Of a stretch of 39,260 nucleotides of DNA, positions 35,950-39,260 are shown piece by piece; the stretch's first letter is position 1; every line of letters begins with the position of its first letter. A program made the position numbers and the translations under genes. The stretch comes from Candidatus Micrarchaeota archaeon (GTDB lineage: Archaea; Micrarchaeota; Micrarchaeia; Anstonellales; Bilamarchaeaceae). The stretch is from assembly GCA_043816005.1 (NCBI GenBank), contig JBDRIM010000022.1, forward strand, positions 1-39,260, given 5' to 3'. The notes below the pieces were generated by a model. The model saw nothing but the letters and a program-made list of their open reading frames with translations. It was not told the DNA's origin and ran no database searches.

Positions 35950-36810
35950 TCATAAATCAAGATACATACCATCTTCTGCAATTTTTGTTTGCTGGAAGAT
36001 TTCTTTTGCTTGCTCTAATAATATAGTAATATCAGAATATCTAGGACTTATATGAGTTAGAACCAATTGTTTAACATTTGCTTTTTTAGCAATAGTTGCA
36101 GCATCAATAGAAGTGCTGTGCATTCTCTCAATTGCATCATCTTTCTTCGATGAATCAAATGTTGCCTCATGTATAAGCACATCTGCATCTCTTGCTGCTT
36201 CTATAAGATTATCATTGGGAAGGCAATCCCCACTATAAACAATTTTCCTTCCTGGGTTTCTCCAGGTAACATCTTCGAGTTTTACCTCACCTTTTTCAGT
36301 TTTCACTTTTCCCTTCTTCTGGATTTCCTTGAATAATTTTCCTTGAAGCCCGAGTGAATGTGCTTTTTCCTCGTGGAATTTTAATTTATCATTTTCCTGA
36401 AAAATAAATCCGAAAGAATTTTTCACGTGTTTAACTGGGAATGCGCTGACAGTAAAATTTTTTCCAATATGAATAGGACCATTTCTAAGTTTTGAAAGTT
36501 TTACGAATTTATATTTGTCCAGATCTAAAGAACTTGGACCAAAAATATTCACCTGACGAGGTGATGGAGAGGACAATTTTAGTGTTTCGAGCAAACCAAA
36601 AAGACCAAGATAGTGATCAAGATGTGGATGGCTTATGAGAATATGGTCTATACTACCATAACCAACTTTGTATTTCATAAGCTGGCGTTGGGTTCCTTCA
36701 CCGCAATCCCAAAGCATAAGTTCGCTTTCGTATTTTATCGAGATGGCCGGCATACCACGGTCAACTGTTGGTGCAGCACCAGAGGTTCCAAGAAATGTAA
36801 TACGAAGCAT
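35950..36810 (-). CDS. rnz: Ribonuclease Z (tRNA 3' endonuclease)
   Basis: FLGTSGAAPT..R, DCGEGTQRQ, SHPHLDH, exosite, YSGD, HEATF, HST, LTHISPRY. Confidence 0.95.
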   Translation of the reverse strand: MLRITFLGTSGAAPTVDRGMPAISIKYESELMLWDCGEGTQRQLMKYKVGYGSIDHILISHPHLDHYLGLFGLLETLKLSSPSPRQVNIFGPSSLDLDKYKFVKLSKLRNGPIHIGKNFTVSAFPVKHVKNSFGFIFQENDKLKFHEEKAHSLGLQGKLFKEIQKKGKVKTEKGEVKLEDVTWRNPGRKIVYSGDCLPNDNLIEAARDADVLIHEATFDSSKKDDAIERMHSTSIDAATIAKKANVKQLVLTHISPRYSDITILLEQAKEIFQQTKIAEDGMYLDL

Positions 36811-36897
36811 GAAAATAAAAAGAACCGAGGTTCTTTTTAAATCTCCTTTTTTATAATAATAACGACTGTTTGTTCACAGTAGTATAATTCTAAAAAA

Positions 36898-37989
36898 TCA
36901 GAATAAGGTATCCGGCGTCAAATCTTTATAGGAAATAGCTGATTGAGTAAGAAGCGATAGAACTGTTTTCAAAGATTGTTCTGACAATCCAAGATCAGGA
37001 GCGATTTCTTTAATTTCATAGATATTTTCTTTTCTATCCAAGGATGTAGGTAATGGAATCAATGATACAAGACCTTTTTGATTAAAATCAAAAACAGCAG
37101 ACCTAATATCAGATCCACCAAGCATTCTTAACGCCCGAAGCATATGCGCTACCTCAGGTCCTGTGCTAAGCGGTCCTTCGCTTTGCATTCTACGAATAAA
37201 AATTAATTGATCAGAACCAAAAGGAGGAAGTGCGTACATCCCAAAACCACGACCGAGAAGAAGAAGCATACCCATAAAATCAACAGAAACTTTTTCCAGT
37301 TTGGTTGAGCATACAATATATTTTGCATCTTTATTTGTCATTGCTGCGCTATAAAGAAGAAGCTGAAAATCACGTTTTTTTTCAGTTGAAACAAATGAAC
37401 GACCGAGTACAATAACATCTTCAAATTCATAACCATCTATTGCACCAACAATTTGATTGGAACTGTTTTTTATGCACACAACAAAATGTCCTGAAACGTC
37501 TTCCATTGGAGTTGTACCAAGTAATTGAAGTGCCTTTTGGAATTCAGATGAAGCACGACTTATGGAAAAAAATTTAAGCCTGTGATTAAATATTAAATTT
37601 TTCAATGTCTGCCTACTTTCCCATGGAGGCAATTTATTCAAATCAGGCATTATTTCGAAAGTAGATGAGACAGAACGAACATCATGAAATGCAATATTCA
37701 GTGTGATTGGGTCAAGAATTATTGTTTGAACTTTTGGTTCGTGGGGTTTGAAAAGTTTTTTTGTTTTTGCAGATTTTATTTTTTTAGATTTTTTCTGTGA
37801 TAGTTTTGGGTGGTGCGATTTTTTAGATTTGTTTTGAACGTGGGACTTTTTCTGGCTGTGTTTTTTTTGTGAATTTTTTTGGCCAGATTTCTTTGTGTGT
37901 TTTGTTGTGTGTTTTTTTATTCTCTTAGCTTTTGGCATGGAGCGAATCTGTCGATTCGCGACAGTCAAAAAATTCTGATTTTTTGCCAT
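36898..37989 (-). CDS. Hypothetical protein with Lys/His-rich N-terminal tail and possible degenerate GNAT-like domain
   Basis: ~80-aa K/H/S/Q low-complexity segment; FVVC...IVGAIDG...LGRSFV beta pattern. Confidence 0.6.
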   Translation of the reverse strand: MAKNQNFLTVANRQIRSMPKAKRIKKHTTKHTKKSGQKNSQKKHSQKKSHVQNKSKKSHHPKLSQKKSKKIKSAKTKKLFKPHEPKVQTIILDPITLNIAFHDVRSVSSTFEIMPDLNKLPPWESRQTLKNLIFNHRLKFFSISRASSEFQKALQLLGTTPMEDVSGHFVVCIKNSSNQIVGAIDGYEFEDVIVLGRSFVSTEKKRDFQLLLYSAAMTNKDAKYIVCSTKLEKVSVDFMGMLLLLGRGFGMYALPPFGSDQLIFIRRMQSEGPLSTGPEVAHMLRALRMLGGSDIRSAVFDFNQKGLVSLIPLPTSLDRKENIYEIKEIAPDLGLSEQSLKTVLSLLTQSAISYKDLTPDTLF

Positions 37990-38047
37990 ACTATCATAAC
38001 AAGGTTAAGCCTTATAAAATTATTCAGGCTGTCAAAAATAAAAAAAA

Positions 38048-39260
38048 TTATCCAAGAGCATGTGTGAGTCTATCGCTCAGTAATTCTATTTGATGGGTGT
38101 GTGCAGCACCAAATGCCAATCTTAAGTGATTATTATTCAAACGCATTGTTGCGCCTGGTTGTATTGTTGCACCAACCTCCCTTGCAAAAAATTCCATCAC
38201 TACTCCTGCAGACATTGATTCTGCCCCCATGGTTTCACACACGCGTGATACTGCTCTTTCATTAAGACGTAAAACTGCATAATAACCTCCACCATGAGCA
38301 TGTTCATCTAAGACAACTGGACCTAAAGTATGCTCAATAACCTCTGCACCATGTCGCTCATGTAACCTCACTCTTGCTTGTTCCAAACTGCGTGCAAGTA
38401 CAAGCCTACGCTGTTTAAGATCAGCATTTGCACCTACAATGCCACAGTCGTTTGAATAATAAGCAGCCGCAGCTGCTTGTGCGGGTTTGTTTACTGGACC
38501 CGAGGTGAATGAAAGAAGTCCAGTCATTGACCTTAAGATATCAAGATTTTGCGTTGCTATTGCTGATACCCTGAAACCAGACCCAACCAATTTTTGCAAT
38601 CCGAGAATTGTCACCACCCTCTCAAGTAATGTTTTCTTATCAGGTTCTGATAAAGTTTGTGCAGCTTTTTGTAACGAAGGTGCACCGTGCCCAAATGTCA
38701 CATAACCATAAGTCATATCCTCAAGAACAAATACCCTGTGCTTAGCGATAATACGAGCAAAGCCAGCCATTTCATCACCAGTCATAAGTTGGCCTGTTGG
38801 ATTGTTTGGATTTGTTAAGAATACTGCTCCAATTTCAGGATAATCTTCAAGAACCTGTGATAGCATTGTAGGTGTAAGCCGTGCAAATAAAGTTCGCGGA
38901 TCGTATGGTAACATCATTTCAATCAAACGCTCTGATCCACCAGTATATAATGCCTGTTGTGGTCCTGTTGCCCAGCATGGATCAACAATGAGAACACTCT
39001 TATCAGGAAAACTTCTGTAAAATATATCTAAAAATGCAAATTCTCCGAATCTGCTCCCGGGTATTGGAAGTACGTGTTCGCTAGTTATAGCATCAACACC
39101 AAATCTTCCGCGCATGTTAGCAGCAACAACATCCCGCAAATTTGGTTCTCCGGGTACTGGTGCATACGGGATGTCCCTATGTTCTCTAAATACACGATCG
39201 TGAGCATCGATTACTAGTTCTGGCATGTTCTCAGTTCTAAGATCACCAAGACTTAATGGG
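38048..39260 (-). CDS. PLP-dependent aminotransferase class I/II (5' end beyond window)
   Basis: TNPNNPTG, EDMTY, GLQK..GSGFR, LRLAF; frame stays open to window edge (PLSLGDLRTENMP...). Confidence 0.85.
   Translation of the reverse strand, partial: PLSLGDLRTENMPELVIDAHDRVFREHRDIPYAPVPGEPNLRDVVAANMRGRFGVDAITSEHVLPIPGSRFGEFAFLDIFYRSFPDKSVLIVDPCWATGPQQALYTGGSERLIEMMLPYDPRTLFARLTPTMLSQVLEDYPEIGAVFLTNPNNPTGQLMTGDEMAGFARIIAKHRVFVLEDMTYGYVTFGHGAPSLQKAAQTLSEPDKKTLLERVVTILGLQKLVGSGFRVSAIATQNLDILRSMTGLLSFTSGPVNKPAQAAAAAYYSNDCGIVGANADLKQRRLVLARSLEQARVRLHERHGAEVIEHTLGPVVLDEHAHGGGYYAVLRLNERAVSRVCETMGAESMSAGVVMEFFAREVGATIQPGATMRLNNNHLRLAFGAAHTHQIELLSDRLTHALG

Noticed and set aside
1..39260. CRISPR arrays, transposases, integrases, rRNA; numerous 60-126-aa antisense ORFs
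   Set aside because: No regularly spaced direct repeats or mobile-element motifs seen by eye; antisense ORFs are shadows of well-supported genes

Overview
AT-rich archaeal chromosomal window, most consistent with a DPANN lineage (Micrarchaeota-like; inferred from gene content and protein style, not proven). Most of it is housekeeping. It holds the RNA polymerase operon (rpoH-B''-B'-A'-A''-L30e-nusA) and the GINS-L44e-S27e-aIF2alpha-Nop10-PAC2 cluster. It also carries AspRS (non-discriminating type), TyrRS, GMP synthase A, SurE, CarS, SSB, RNase Z and the S-layer gene, plus a convergent Pab1020/Rnl3 RNA ligase + HARP (protein-only RNase P) pair. The most unusual elements are: (1) a translationally coupled operon of six divergent paralogous polytopic membrane proteins (3774-11529) with CedA/VirB6-like motifs, one of which carries extra tandem pilin-like repeats, a candidate hetero-oligomeric secretion/DNA-transfer channel; (2) a tRNA-Thr(UGU) gene (27346-27613), invisible to the ORF track, interrupted by two hairpin-rich introns (53 nt in the D-loop, 143 nt at 37/38 with a clear BHB motif) that share sequence with each other; (3) an unexplained structured ~170-nt intergenic element next to the RNA ligase/HARP pair; (4) a long structured S-layer 5' leader. 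sppA has an in-frame TAG and rpoB'' has a +1 homopolymer frameshift; the latter is almost certainly an assembly error. Four short coding regions missing from the ORF track were recovered (Nop10, S27e, a 4xCxxC microprotein, a TrmB C-terminal remnant). No CRISPR, rRNA or transposase was seen.
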